In this document: positions 13,201 through 24,047 of the stretch, one piece after another
How the letters are laid out: every line of letters begins with the position of its first letter
Position numbering within the stretch: the stretch's first letter is position 1
DNA from: Lytechinus pictus
Lineage: Eukaryota
DNA length: 64,000 nucleotides
Direction of reading: 5' to 3'
Assembly (NCBI RefSeq): GCF_037042905.1
Contig: NC_087245.1
Span: 4,466,001-4,530,000, forward strand
Made by a program: the position numbers and the translations under genes
The notes under the pieces: generated by a model
Told to the model about the DNA's origin: nothing
Database searches by the model: none
What the model saw: only the letters and a program-made list of their open reading frames with translations

Positions 13201-16200
13201 TCCAAAGGTATTTTTTTCTTCTTCTCCATATTCATAGTTTTTTCTTCCTTTTATTCCTTTCCTCTTCTTTGTCTTCTTCAAATGTTGTTTAGGTGAATTA
13301 TTTTTATTTGCCACAAACATTATTCGTTTGTTATTTCAATCATTTCATTTATTTCTTCTCTTACATTCCTTTTACGAGCAGATGGTTCACTTGAACTTGC
13401 ATCTATCCTAAAACTTCCTATAGCAATGTATAATAAGATGTGTTTTAAGATGAGATTATTTGTAAAAAAATTAAATTGCACTTTTGGACCCATATCACCC
13501 ACACGGGGTCCGACCACTTGACCGAAGGCCCGCGAGACCGATTTTTTCCCCTTCATCAGGTGCCGAGTGGTTTATATAAGGCGCCTCGTTGCAGCGGCGT
13601 ATGCCTGTTATCAGAGGGGGCAGAGCCAAATATTTCCCGGTACTCCGTCTAGAATTAGTGACATAGCTAGGATTTCAGTTTAGGGGTGGTAGTGAGCACG
13701 GGAAGCGCGCTTCCGGGGGGGGGGGGGTGCAGGGAGTGGGAGTGTCCCCCGCGAGAAGCGTGAAAGCTCCGACGTTCCTGTGAATCGTTCCTTGTCTGCT
13801 CCCGCTCATCTTAATACGTCCTCTGCCTGTTTTCGGGGGGGGGGGGGGGGAGGGTAGAGCAAAAATATTTCCCGGTAACTAAGTCCAGAAGGATTTCATT
13901 TTAGGGGGCTGTAGTGAGCACGCGAAGTGGCGAAACACCGTGCGCGCGAAAGGCGCTCCCTATAATGAAATTCAAGCAAAGCCACTGATTTTGGACTTAG
14001 TTACCGGAAATTTTTTTTGATCGCCCCCCCCCCCTGATAACAGGCAGAGGACGTATTAAGATGAGCGAGAGCAGATAAGGAACAACTCAAAGGAACGTCG
14101 GGCCTTCCGCGCTTCTCGCGGGGGGGGGGGGGTACACTCTCCTCCCTGCACCCCCCACCGGAACGCGCTTCCCGTGCTCACTACTGCCCCCTAAACTGAA
14201 ATCCTAGTTATGCCACTAATTCTAGATGGAATTACTGGGAAATATTTGGCTCTGCCCCCTCCCCCTATGATAAAAGGCACCTGTTACGCCGCTGCAACGA
14301 GGCGCCTTAAACCACTCGACCGCGGCACCCGATGATGGAGGGGGAAAATGTCGGTCTCGCGGGCCTTCGGTCTTGCGGGCTGTCACCTATCACACGCCCG
14401 GCCTTGGATAAAAGAAAAATTGATGCAATTTACTATCTTTTTGTGATTCTATAGGACATATTTTCCCCATTATCCTCAACTACTTCATAATCCAATTCTA
14501 TCATAAACCGCATTTTTCCCTATTAACCAGATTTCCGAATCAAATCCATTTGATTAATCGAATTAATTTTATTAATCTGATTATCATGTAGCTATACCAT
14601 CCTGATAAATCGATTTCACTCTCCTAAGACGTGGTGTATCTTTAAAAGAAAATCACCCCATAGTTTATCCCTTATGTTATTATGACTATGAGTCTACCAT
14701 ACTGAAGAAAGGAGTATCGCGGATCAATAATTGATTAAAGATCTAAAATTTGTTTTGAAATATATATCTTAGATTTCGTATGTGCTGCAAGGACAAATGA
14801 CAAATCAAAATAACAAAATTTCCCTTCCAAATACGTGCTGAAATAAAAATATTTAATATATATATCATTTAATTCCCTCGTATTTATGTATAAATTTTAT
14901 GCTACAATTTTTGTCCAAAACTCTACAATACACTCTCATTATACTCGTCAAAGCAATCAACTTCATCTACCCTTTGCTCGATCAACTATATCTTTAAATT
15001 CCTTTAAAACTTGTTTTCCTAAGTTATGGAATAACCTCCCCTCTGATATAAAATCCAGTTCAACTCTTTCTAGGTTCAAGAGACTTATTAGAAAATTATT
15101 AACCTGTGTTTAAAAAAACCTTCAGTCAATTATTTGTTTTTATCTCATTGAAAGTCCCCCTCCCGGCTGTTGCATCGGTGTACTTAGTGTAATTATCATT
15201 ATTTATTGTATATTTTCAGTGTACATTTAAACTCGATGGCCCCTTTTTATAAGCTCTGCTTTCTCCGGGGTTACCAAACCATCATTCTATTGTTATATTT
15301 GTATGTATTTATTTGATTGTTTGTACCTGATGATGGTTGAATAAATAAATTGAATTGAAATATTTCAATATTCATTATTTTGTTGATCAAAATGTCTCAT
15401 TTCTTCATTGAGATGTGTACTCGATTTGTCACGCGAGCTTTGAAGTTGTAGGTTGAAGAGTATAATAGGGTGAATCTGACGATTATTTTTCCACCCACCA
15501 CACCAATATAATTCTTTTTTGGGATGAAATAAATGCCACACGGGATTTACACTAATACAAAAATGTTTAAAATTTCTTTGAACGTTGTCTTTTAAATAAA
15601 GTTTTCAATAGAATTGATAAAATTTTGTTTTTAGTTGACAAGCAATATCAGATAGGTCTTTGATCGAAAAAGACGGTATTGTTCACACTATTAAATTTGG
15701 AAAGTTAAATTGATTTTTGAAATTGAAATTAAAAATTATTTTATTCAGACAGGTATAAAATTAACATTCTCTGGGGGAAAGATAATAAATAAATAATAAT
15801 AATAAATGACTATGATGGTGATGAAATATTAAAAAAAAATTATGTATTGAGTAAGAAAATTGAAGTGACTTATTTCATGGTATATTACTTATTCTCCTTG
15901 TTTAATGCGACCCTCTCCGCCCCCCCCTCTGTCTTTCGCTCTCTCTCTTTCCTAAACCCCGTCTTTGTTGTTCATGTTGTTGTTGTTGTTCTTCCCCTAA
16001 ATTTAATTAAGCCATTATTTGGGGGGGGGGGAGGCAAGCACTTAAACTTAATTTATATTTTTTTCACAGCTGTAATCTTGTCGTTTGTTGTTGTTGTTTA
16101 TTTAGGCTTTAAAGCGCATACCATTCAAATAAGAAGATGTATCCCAATCTCTAATATCTATTTAAGTTTCTCTCCCAGAAATGATTTCTTTACAAATTTC

Positions 16201-19200
16201 CTCTTCTGCTCCTCTCGTTTATGTATATTGTCTGCTTAACAATCTTATTCTTTTTATGTTTAAATTTGTCTCCATGATTCGTAATCCATGACGTCATCAC
16301 GGTAACACTAAAGCCTACTGCATGGAAACCTAATGACTTCAGTTAATGCTTCAATGTTTACTGGCTTACGAAACCTACAGAGGATGTAAGTAACATTACA
16401 ACAAACTTTAAATAATAACAGACATAAAACATAATACATACAAAAACGTAAGATGAATGAAAAAAAAAATAGTTCTTCGGATATTCAAAAATTTCGTCAG
16501 ATATAATGAGAATTATATACATGTATATAAAATCGTTTCAATTACAAGTTTTAACATGATGATATGTAGTTGAGGGAAATTTATCAGATCATTTGCTATT
16601 TTGCGCGAGTATTGTTAAAAAAATTATACTTATAATTATTGCGCGAAATGACTTGATATAAATGTCTTCGAATAAATAGCCTAAAATATTTGTTTACATA
16701 GATTACAATGAATAATAATTTCATTCTTTTTTTTTTGTCTCGCATGCATAGCAGAGCGAGACTATAGGCGCCGCTTTTCCGGCGGCGGCGGCGGCGGCGG
16801 CGTCAACATCAAATCTTAACCTAAGGTTAAGTTTTTGAAATGACATCATAACTTAGAAAGTATATGGACCTAGTTCATGAAACTTGGACATAAGGTTAAT
16901 CAAGTATTACTAAACATCCTGCCTGAGTTTCAGGTCACATGACCAAGGTCAAAGGTCATTTAGGGTCAATGAACTTAGACCATGTTGGGAGAATTTTTTT
17001 CAAAATCTTAACCGAAGGTTAAGTTTTTGAAATGACATCATAACTTAGAAAGTATATGGACCTAATCGCTAGAGGGTATTCATTTGTCTCGCAATCTACT
17101 ATGGTCAACAAGGAAATTCGTGATCACTCTCGCAAAAAGTGTTCACTGGCTTTCTAGGAAATTCGTGATCACTCTCGCAAAAAAGTGTTCACTAGCTTAC
17201 AAGTTCACGAGCTTTCGAGTGCCGCTGCAACTCTTTATCAAGTGACGAAAATTAGGTTGGTTGGTTGGTGTTGGAGTTAAGTTGGCGCTCTTCAATCTGG
17301 TAGATTATCTGCGCTAGGTCGTTTCCGAGTTAGTTGCTTAATTCCCGCATCAATGTCCTCGGCGTTAGACTAGTCTGACCTGTCATATAGCGAGGTGCAA
17401 TATAATTATGATTAGTTACCACCATCATTAATTCAGGATGACTTTATAATCTGCATTTCTTCCCAATAATGTTGCTAGATCTGATATTGGCTTGTTTAAT
17501 TATGCAAAGAAGCCTAAAATTAAACAAGCCAATATCAGATCTAGCAACATTATTGGGAAGAAATGCAGATTATAAAGTCATCCTGAATTAATGATGGTGG
17601 TAACTAATCATAATTATATTGCACCTCGCTACATGACAGGTCAGACTAGTCTAACGCCGAGGACATTGATGCGGGAATTAAGCAACTAACTCGGAAACGA
17701 CCTGGCGCAGATAAGTATACCAGATTGAAGAGCGCCAACTTAACTCCAACACCAACCAACCAACCTAATTTTCGTCACTTGATAAAGAGTTGCAGCGGCA
17801 CTCGAAAGCTCGTGAACTTGTAAGCTAGTGAACACTTTTTGCGAGAGTGATCACGAATTTCCTAGAAAGCCAGTGAACACTTTTTGCGAGAGTGATCACG
17901 AATTTCCTTGTTGACCATAGTAGATTGCGAGACAAATGAATACCCTCTAGCGATTATTTCAATCCGCAATAATGAACCTATTTAGTATATAGACCTAGTT
18001 CATGAAACCTAAGTATGAGCTTAATCAAGTATTAGTGAACATCCTGCTCGAGTTTAGGGTCAATGAACTTTGGTCAAGTTGGGGGTATTTGTTGAATTAC
18101 TATCATAACTTTGAAAATTTTTGGATCTAGTTCATGAAACTTGGACATAAGTATTAGTGAACATCCTGCTCGAGTTTCAGGTCACATGACCAAGGTCAAA
18201 GGTCATTTAGGGTCAATGAACTTTGGCCAAGTTGGGGGTATTTGTTGAATTACCATAATAACTTTGAAAATTTATGGATCTAGTTCATGAAACTTGGACA
18301 TTAGGTTAATCAAGTACCACTGAATATCCTGTGCGAGTTTCAGGTCACATGACCATGGTCAATGGTCATTTAAGGTCAATAAACTTTGGCCATGTTGGGG
18401 GTATTTGTTGAATTACCATCCTAACTATGAAAGTTTATGGATCTAGTTCATAAAACTTGGGATACAAGAGTAATCAAGTATCACTGAACATCCCCTGTGA
18501 GTTTCAGGTCACAAAATTAAGGTCAAAGGTCAGTTAAGGTCAATAAACTTAGGCCATGTTGGGGTAATTGTTGAATTGCCATCAAAGTTTATGGATAGAG
18601 TGAATGAAATGTGGACATGGGTGTAGTTGACAAGTCTTAAGTCACCGTTCAAATGTCATTTATGGTCAATGAATGTGGTATTATGTCATTATATGAATGG
18701 TGTTTTTGTGAATGATTATTTTATAGTAGTTTTCAAAGTTAGTACTGCTGCTATATTAAATCGCGTAATGCAGGCGAGACTGCCAGAGGCGTTCCACTTG
18801 TTCTTGATTATAATTTCTAATGTCACTTCATTTAATATATGATTTTTTCCCCACCCCCCTTCTGTCTTCCCCCTCTTTTGTCTTAAGTTATACCCGTGTT
18901 TGTTTGGTTTTACATACTTACGTAGTCTCTATGTGATTATTAATTGTGTAAAGTTATGTTTAATATATAAGTATTAATGATCACAGCAAAAATGATTTCT
19001 ATACTGAATCACAATTGAGGTAGGCATAAAACCTAGAAGGCTCAGTCCTGGTTTTAATCTTGCCCACCTTTTTTTCATTTTTTATGCTGTTTTATTTTTA
19101 AATAATTTTCTTTCTTCTCGTGCTCTAGATGTATTTTGATGTTCATGTTCTATATTCATGCTACTGTTATTGTTTTTATATGTAATTTTTAATGTAAATG

Positions 19201-21881
19201 ATTTGGAATTAAAGATTGAAATTGAAATAAAAACCAATTCCTTTCCATCTCTCACCCCTCTCCAGATACAAATATTTCCTCTTTACTGTGTTTTCTCTTT
19301 AGAAAAAAAAGAAAGAAAATGTTTCACTCTGAATAATTAAATCGTCAAATTTCATTGTAAGCTTACTCCCTCTCTCATATGGCATTTTATTGTTTTAAAC
19401 AGAAATTTTAACAACAATCATTTAAGGTACATTGAACCGGGAGCCTTCCACAATCTATCTACTGTGACTGATTTGTGAGTTTTTACCGATTTATTCAGTC
19501 TGTGTGATTTATTTGCATTTTTTTTTAACACATGTGATCATCAAGATGTTATTGTTATTAATCTTTGTAAACAACAAACGACGATTCTTGATAAAGGGGG
19601 CTAATTTACATAGTTGCATCTAAAAAACTTCTAACAATTTAGTTTTTGAGAGATAACGCAATTACATGCATTTGCTATTAAGTGTATCCTCCATTTCCAT
19701 AGATATTGATAATGTTTGAAAAAAAAAATGCTCTGAAATTTTGTTTTCTTTACTGATGAACTAATATGTAGATTATATACAAAGTATCTCAATTTATAAT
19801 TTTCTTTTATGATACACATTGTCATTGTATCTCTTCATATTTTTTCTGGTGGAAATGGAATAAACATGAATCTGAAATGAATTTTAATCGCGGTGGTACT
19901 ATCCTCAATCACCAGTAACAATAAAGATCACGCGTATACGGTTGGATTGTCCTTCTCTCTAAACGTTTTCTTCTGTTTTTGCCCTTGTTCTTCCTCTATT
20001 ATTTTAGAGTAATTTCATCGCTAAGTTCGGAACCATACCTTCTTTATCCCGGTATATTTGATGGACTGGATTCCTTGACGGCTTTGTAAGTACCTTTCAA
20101 ATATATTTTTTATATTCATGATTACATCAGTGGTTGAGTCGAAGCAATATTGTATTGACCAGGGGCCGCGGAAGCGGGGGGGGGGTGCTGGGGGCTTCAG
20201 CCCCCACTTTTTTTTCCAAAACCGTGTACAAAAACGTAAAAATTACCATATGATTGTGATTTTTTGCAGGATCAGCCCCCCCCCCATTTTAAAAACCGTT
20301 CCGCGGCCCCTGTTGACTTATGCCTGCATGACTGTCCATCTTATTCACATGTATTTAAAGGTGACAATTTTATCAATATAGGGTACATGGAACTTTCATA
20401 TTCGACACTCTCTCTGAATTCTTCAGGCAAAAAGATGCAGCTGTTAAAAACAAAATACTCGTCGGTTCAGTATAAATGTAGAACAACTTGCTTGTCTAGT
20501 GCAGTTGACTCTTGTCACGATTTCACGTGCAGCCTCTAAGAAGTGGTTTCAATATACCAATCATTATCTGATTACTAGTACAATCCGGTTAATGGACTTG
20601 AGAATTTAATGGGCATGATGGGCAAAATATACAAACAGAAGCATATTATGCTCAGATTTCCTACACGAAGTCACTGATGAATAAAGAACTGTCAGTTCGA
20701 TAACTTTTGCTGTTTAATTAAAAAAAGTTTTGAAAGTAATGTATGAATTTTCTTTATCCTTGCTTTATAGATATGTGTATGATCAGCGTTTATGCTGCCT
20801 GTTACCGACTAGCGTTGTTTGCGTTGTCCAAAAGCCTGCTCACCCTCTCTTCACCTGCCGTAGAACCTTTCTTCAGAACACAGCCATCAAGGTTTTCATA
20901 TGGATCCTTGGTTTGAGCGCCCTCTTCGGTAACATCTTTGTCATCACAATGAGAATCAGAAGCCGTTCAGTGACAACGGTTGGTAAGATACAGTCCATGT
21001 TCATCACTAACCTAGCTGTGTCTGACTTCTTTATGGGAATCTACATGGTACTCATAGCAGTCATGGATATCTACATTGGGGAATCCTATTTCTGGGAAGG
21101 TCGTGCTGATGAATGGCGCACCAGTGTAACTTGCCAGATTGCAGGATTCCTATCTGTCCTTAGCAGCGAAGCATCGGTCTTTCTCCTGACCTTGATAACA
21201 GCTGATCGTTTCATTTCCATAGTATTTCCCTTCAGCCACCACCGCCTTAGTACCACATCTGCCCGTGTTGCTCTTATTGTCATCTGGATAGTCGCAATTT
21301 CTCTCAGTCTTATCGGTGTCCTGCTGAACAATGTTATACCCGAAGCATATGGTCTCAGTGATGTCTGCGTTGGTCTCCCATTCATCAGGAAATCAACGGA
21401 CATCTCTACTGTGATTGACCAACGTTCATCTGCCCAGTACAACACTGTGATCTACAATATTGCATCAGGATCCACAGTCTCGACATGGCAGTTCTCAATT
21501 TTCCTGTTCCTTGGAGTAAACCTCTTAAGCTTCATCACTATCCTCTTCTCTTATATCATTATTTTCATCAAGATTCGTCTGGATCAGGCCGAAGTCGGTC
21601 GCAGGGCAGAAGCTTCTAACGAAATCAAGATGGCCTTTAAGATGTTCTTGATCGTTGGCACCGACTTTTGCTGTTGGATGCCCATTATCATTCTTGGTAT
21701 CCTCGTCCAGACGGTCGGGGTCGATGTTACACCAGATATCTACGCCTGGTTGGTGGTGTTTGTTTTACCAATCAATTCATCACTCAATCCCTATCTATAC
21801 ACCATAATTCACATGTCATCGAAGAGATCTGCAAATGAGAAGAGCAAGCAGACGGTTATTAGCATGGTTACCCGTGACTAG
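3157..21881 (+). CDS. GRL101/relaxin-receptor-like LRR-containing GPCR (CUB + 2 LDLa + LRRs + 7TM); 5' exon(s) uncertain
   Basis: Phase-consistent exons: 3157(or 3151)-3272 and 5053-5278 (CUB: IVSPGFPDHYP...EWTV...FCSDDRVEDDGF); 6304-6444 and 9159-9266 (LDLa: CDWKVDCHDVSDEVGC; CDGWSDCPLGEDEQNC); 9813-9981 (Cys-rich LRR N-cap); seven phase-2 LRR exons of 72-78 bp (10737-10808, 11281-11352, 11682-11753, 12872-12946, 16314-16385, 19403-19474, 20008-20085); terminal exon 20771-21881 with hinge DQRLCC and 7TM motifs NLAVSD, DRF, TDFCCWMP, LPINSSLNPYLY. About 795 codons in total. Confidence 0.92.
3741..4800. repeat. (TAC)n microsatellite, ~1 kb
   Basis: Direct reading. Confidence 0.98.
5357..5975. 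mobile_element. Kolobok-like MITE, diverged copy
   Basis: Colinear with 50597-51187; ends gtggacttggcct|ttaa. Confidence 0.75.
7175..7502. repeat. (GAT/GGT)n low-complexity tract with a 71-bp unit x3
   Basis: gataatggtaatggtgggatagtggtg recurs at 7242, 7313 and 7384. Confidence 0.9.
7735..8060. mobile_element. Possible CACTA/EnSpm-like MITE
   Basis: ta|cactg ... cagtg|ta termini, with repeated ctgtaaaat/ttacag motifs. Confidence 0.45.
8105..9095. mobile_element. Tc1/mariner-like MITE (~990 bp)
   Basis: TA|cagtgcgtatc..aaagtttacactt ... aagtgtaaacttt..gatacgcactg|TA. Confidence 0.85.
9403..9600. repeat. (GT)n/(GA)n compound microsatellite
   Basis: Direct reading. Confidence 0.9.
13472..14432. 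mobile_element. GC-rich foldback (long inverted repeat) element
   Basis: ~430-bp imperfect inverted arms (~13520-13910 vs ~13960-14372) with poly-G/poly-C tracts; outer taaattgca/tgcaattta. Confidence 0.75.
14860..15360 (+). mobile_element. 3' end of a CR1/L2-group LINE (ORF2 C-terminus + 3' UTR)
   Basis: HSHYTRQSNQLHLP...SF..CFPKLWNNLPSDIKSSSTLSRFKRLIRK is typical of L2/CR1-group ORF2 ends; tail aataaataaattgaattgaa. Confidence 0.8.
17205..17245 (-). ncRNA. Mirror copy of the minimal hammerhead ribozyme
   Basis: Reverse complement of 17775-17815, located in the left arm of the palindrome. Confidence 0.65.
17775..17815 (+). ncRNA. Minimal type-I hammerhead ribozyme (U3-A8 variant)
   Basis: TCAC (stem I) - TTGATAA (core) - A - GAGTtGC agcg GCACTC (stem II) - GAAA - GCT (palindromic AGCT helix III) - C (cleavage site) - GTGA (stem I'). 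Confidence 0.65.
20160..20312. mobile_element. Small MITE
   Basis: TIR caggggccgcggaa/ttccgcggcccctg, flanked by a ttgac repeat. Confidence 0.7.
20771..21881 (+). CDS. Terminal hinge + 7TM exon of the LRR-GPCR
   Basis: Lies within ORF 20730-21881. Acceptor tttatag ends at 20770. Seven hydrophobic segments with rhodopsin-class/LGR motifs; TAG at 21879-21881. Confidence 0.95.
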
Positions 21882-24047
21882 GATTTAACACAATGGCACT
21901 AAGAGGTACAGATAATTAGGAAAGGGCGCCTGTGGTCCATGGAATCCCCCCCCCAAAAAAAACAGAAAGAAAAAGAAAGAATTTTATGAATAAAATTTAA
22001 AAACAAGAGAAAATGGAAAGAAAGGAAAGGTAAAAGGGTGAATTTTCTGAATATCATGTCAAAATTTATTACGAAATAAGGCTGGGGGTGGGGGGGGGGG
22101 TCAGTATACGCCAATGCTCAGTGAATTCGTTCCGATATAACAAATACTAACTGTGTTGCCTCATTATTATTATCGGTGAATATTCAACGTGTTCTTGTAT
22201 CTATGGAAAAGGAAAAAAATATTTCATTCTTATTGATAGCTTGATTGATTTTATATCGTATAGATATCCAATTGTATAGACCATATTAGGCTTAAAATGT
22301 CGTATATGTCAATATTGTTTATGAAATTTCTTACATTATTTTCTGACTTTTCAGTTCAAGCGTTTTTCTCATGTATCAAAATGAACAGTTAAATAATTCA
22401 ATATAAAACATAACAAAAAGTTGTTCATGAAATATTGGAGTAAATTGGTTATTAATCTTAGATACATAGACGAAACCGATAGCTTGATTACACATCGTTA
22501 TATATAAGAATTGTAAGAGCAATTACATTCGTTTATTTAGTTATTTCCTCTTTAAGGATATTCATAGCGTAAAATGATTAAGAATATTCCAGAATGTCTC
22601 AGTTAAGCTTGTTAGGCATGCTATTTAATAGGCTGAGTAATCTTTGTTATTTCTGGAATGTAGACAATAAGGCCTGCCTGCAGTGAAAAGAACAATAGGA
22701 TTAGCTATGTTGTTTGTTGTTAATGTTGTTAATTTCACTGAGGTCATTCAAGAATTTCTAAAATTAGACTGCTCTAGAAATTGGCAGAATGTTCTTTTTG
22801 TAGACAATACTAGAAGCTTCCAGAATAGTGAATAATTTGTATATAAGCTGGCAGCTTCTTCAAGGACATCATCATATCAGATCAGAACTCAGAGTTTCAC
22901 TCCAGACTTTATGTCAGAGCACAGTTTACATGGTTTATTTCGAACTGGAATACAACATTTATCTTCTGTGGAATTATTTGCACGCCATCAATGAACTGTT
23001 TGCAGATACTTTGAGAGAGGAATTCTCAGTTCTCATCAAGATCATCAAGCTGTTTTAATGAACGCTTTTCAACCCATGGATTGCTGAAATTGATTGTTAA
23101 TCATCATCAACATTGTCTTCACAGACATTGCAACTCGTTACAGTGACTTTTGTTATTCATCGTGCTTCAACATCAATTTCATCATCGCCATCATTGTGAA
23201 CTTTAATTAAAGGAATCTTCGCCAACTGACTTGGATTTTCATTTGGATTTATATCATAACCTTGGATTGCACATCTAACTCTTCAAGATATGTAAGACCA
23301 TTGTTTATTTTTGTTTTGTTGAATGATCTATTTCCTGTAATAAAAGAAAAGGAAATCAAATTTAAAACTAAATTTTCATTGTTATTTGTTGCAGTATCGT
23401 AACAACATAATGTAGAAAACATTAGAAATGACACACTAAAAAAGAAGCAGAGCTTGTAGAAAATTTAGTGCATCTGAGATTCAATACCATTTCTAAGTCA
23501 TATAGTCAAAATAAGAATTGTATATACTGTATATAAAATTGTTGACCATTATACATTGCCTTGGAGAAAAAAATCAATTTAAAAACAGAGGGCTTTGAAA
23601 ATAAATAATGTTTTTAAAAAAGACGAGAAAGGAAGCAAGCAAGAAAGTAAAGATTAACAAAAGATGGAATGTATATAATCATATGTGAAGAGAAGGATAG
23701 CTCCACGTGTCAAACATTCATTTTTGAAGATTGAATAGCAGTTGTATATTTAAAAAAAGTATTGGATGTACTATTGTAGAATTAATCGTATTAAACGTTT
23801 TTTTTTTAAGGGAACGATCCTTGGAATCAATTTAACAGATTGGTGAATTTAATTCCAGTGTGGTAGGTCCATGGTTCCCATAAATACTACTGTTTTTTTA
23901 ACTTTTGGGGCAAGGGATGTCCGCAAGAGCGTAGAATGAAATTGATCAAATTGCCTAGCGGGATATGAATGTATTTCATGATCTTGTGGAAAAAAAGGCA
24001 TAGATTTTTGTCAGCGGAAACATGAAAATTCCTAAATGCCAGTTATA

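Larger units (their letters stand above)
17063..17983. mobile_element. Palindromic Penelope-like retroelement remnant (inverted pLTR-like arms)
   Basis: ~440-bp arms 17063-17501 and 17518-17956, near-perfectly complementary, with a 16-nt spacer and a ~27-nt tail on the right arm. Flanked by agtatatg/agaccta duplication (17051-17064; 17984-17997). Each arm contains a hammerhead motif. Confidence 0.7.
16733..18802 (+). mobile_element. Helentron/DINE-1-like non-autonomous element with internal ~162-190-bp tandem repeats (interrupted by the palindromic insertion)
   Basis: T-tract, 5' hairpin gtctcgcatgcatagcagagcgagac, (GGC)n tract, tandem core repeats, 3' subTIR tgcaggcgagac and terminal ccagaggcgttccacttgtt. 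Confidence 0.75.

Noticed and set aside
17518..17700. GIY-YIG/RT C-terminus in the palindrome arm
   Set aside because: No recognisable motif; the frames read are interrupted by stops.
21086..21445. 119-aa antisense ORF
   Set aside because: Shadow ORF opposite the 7TM exon.
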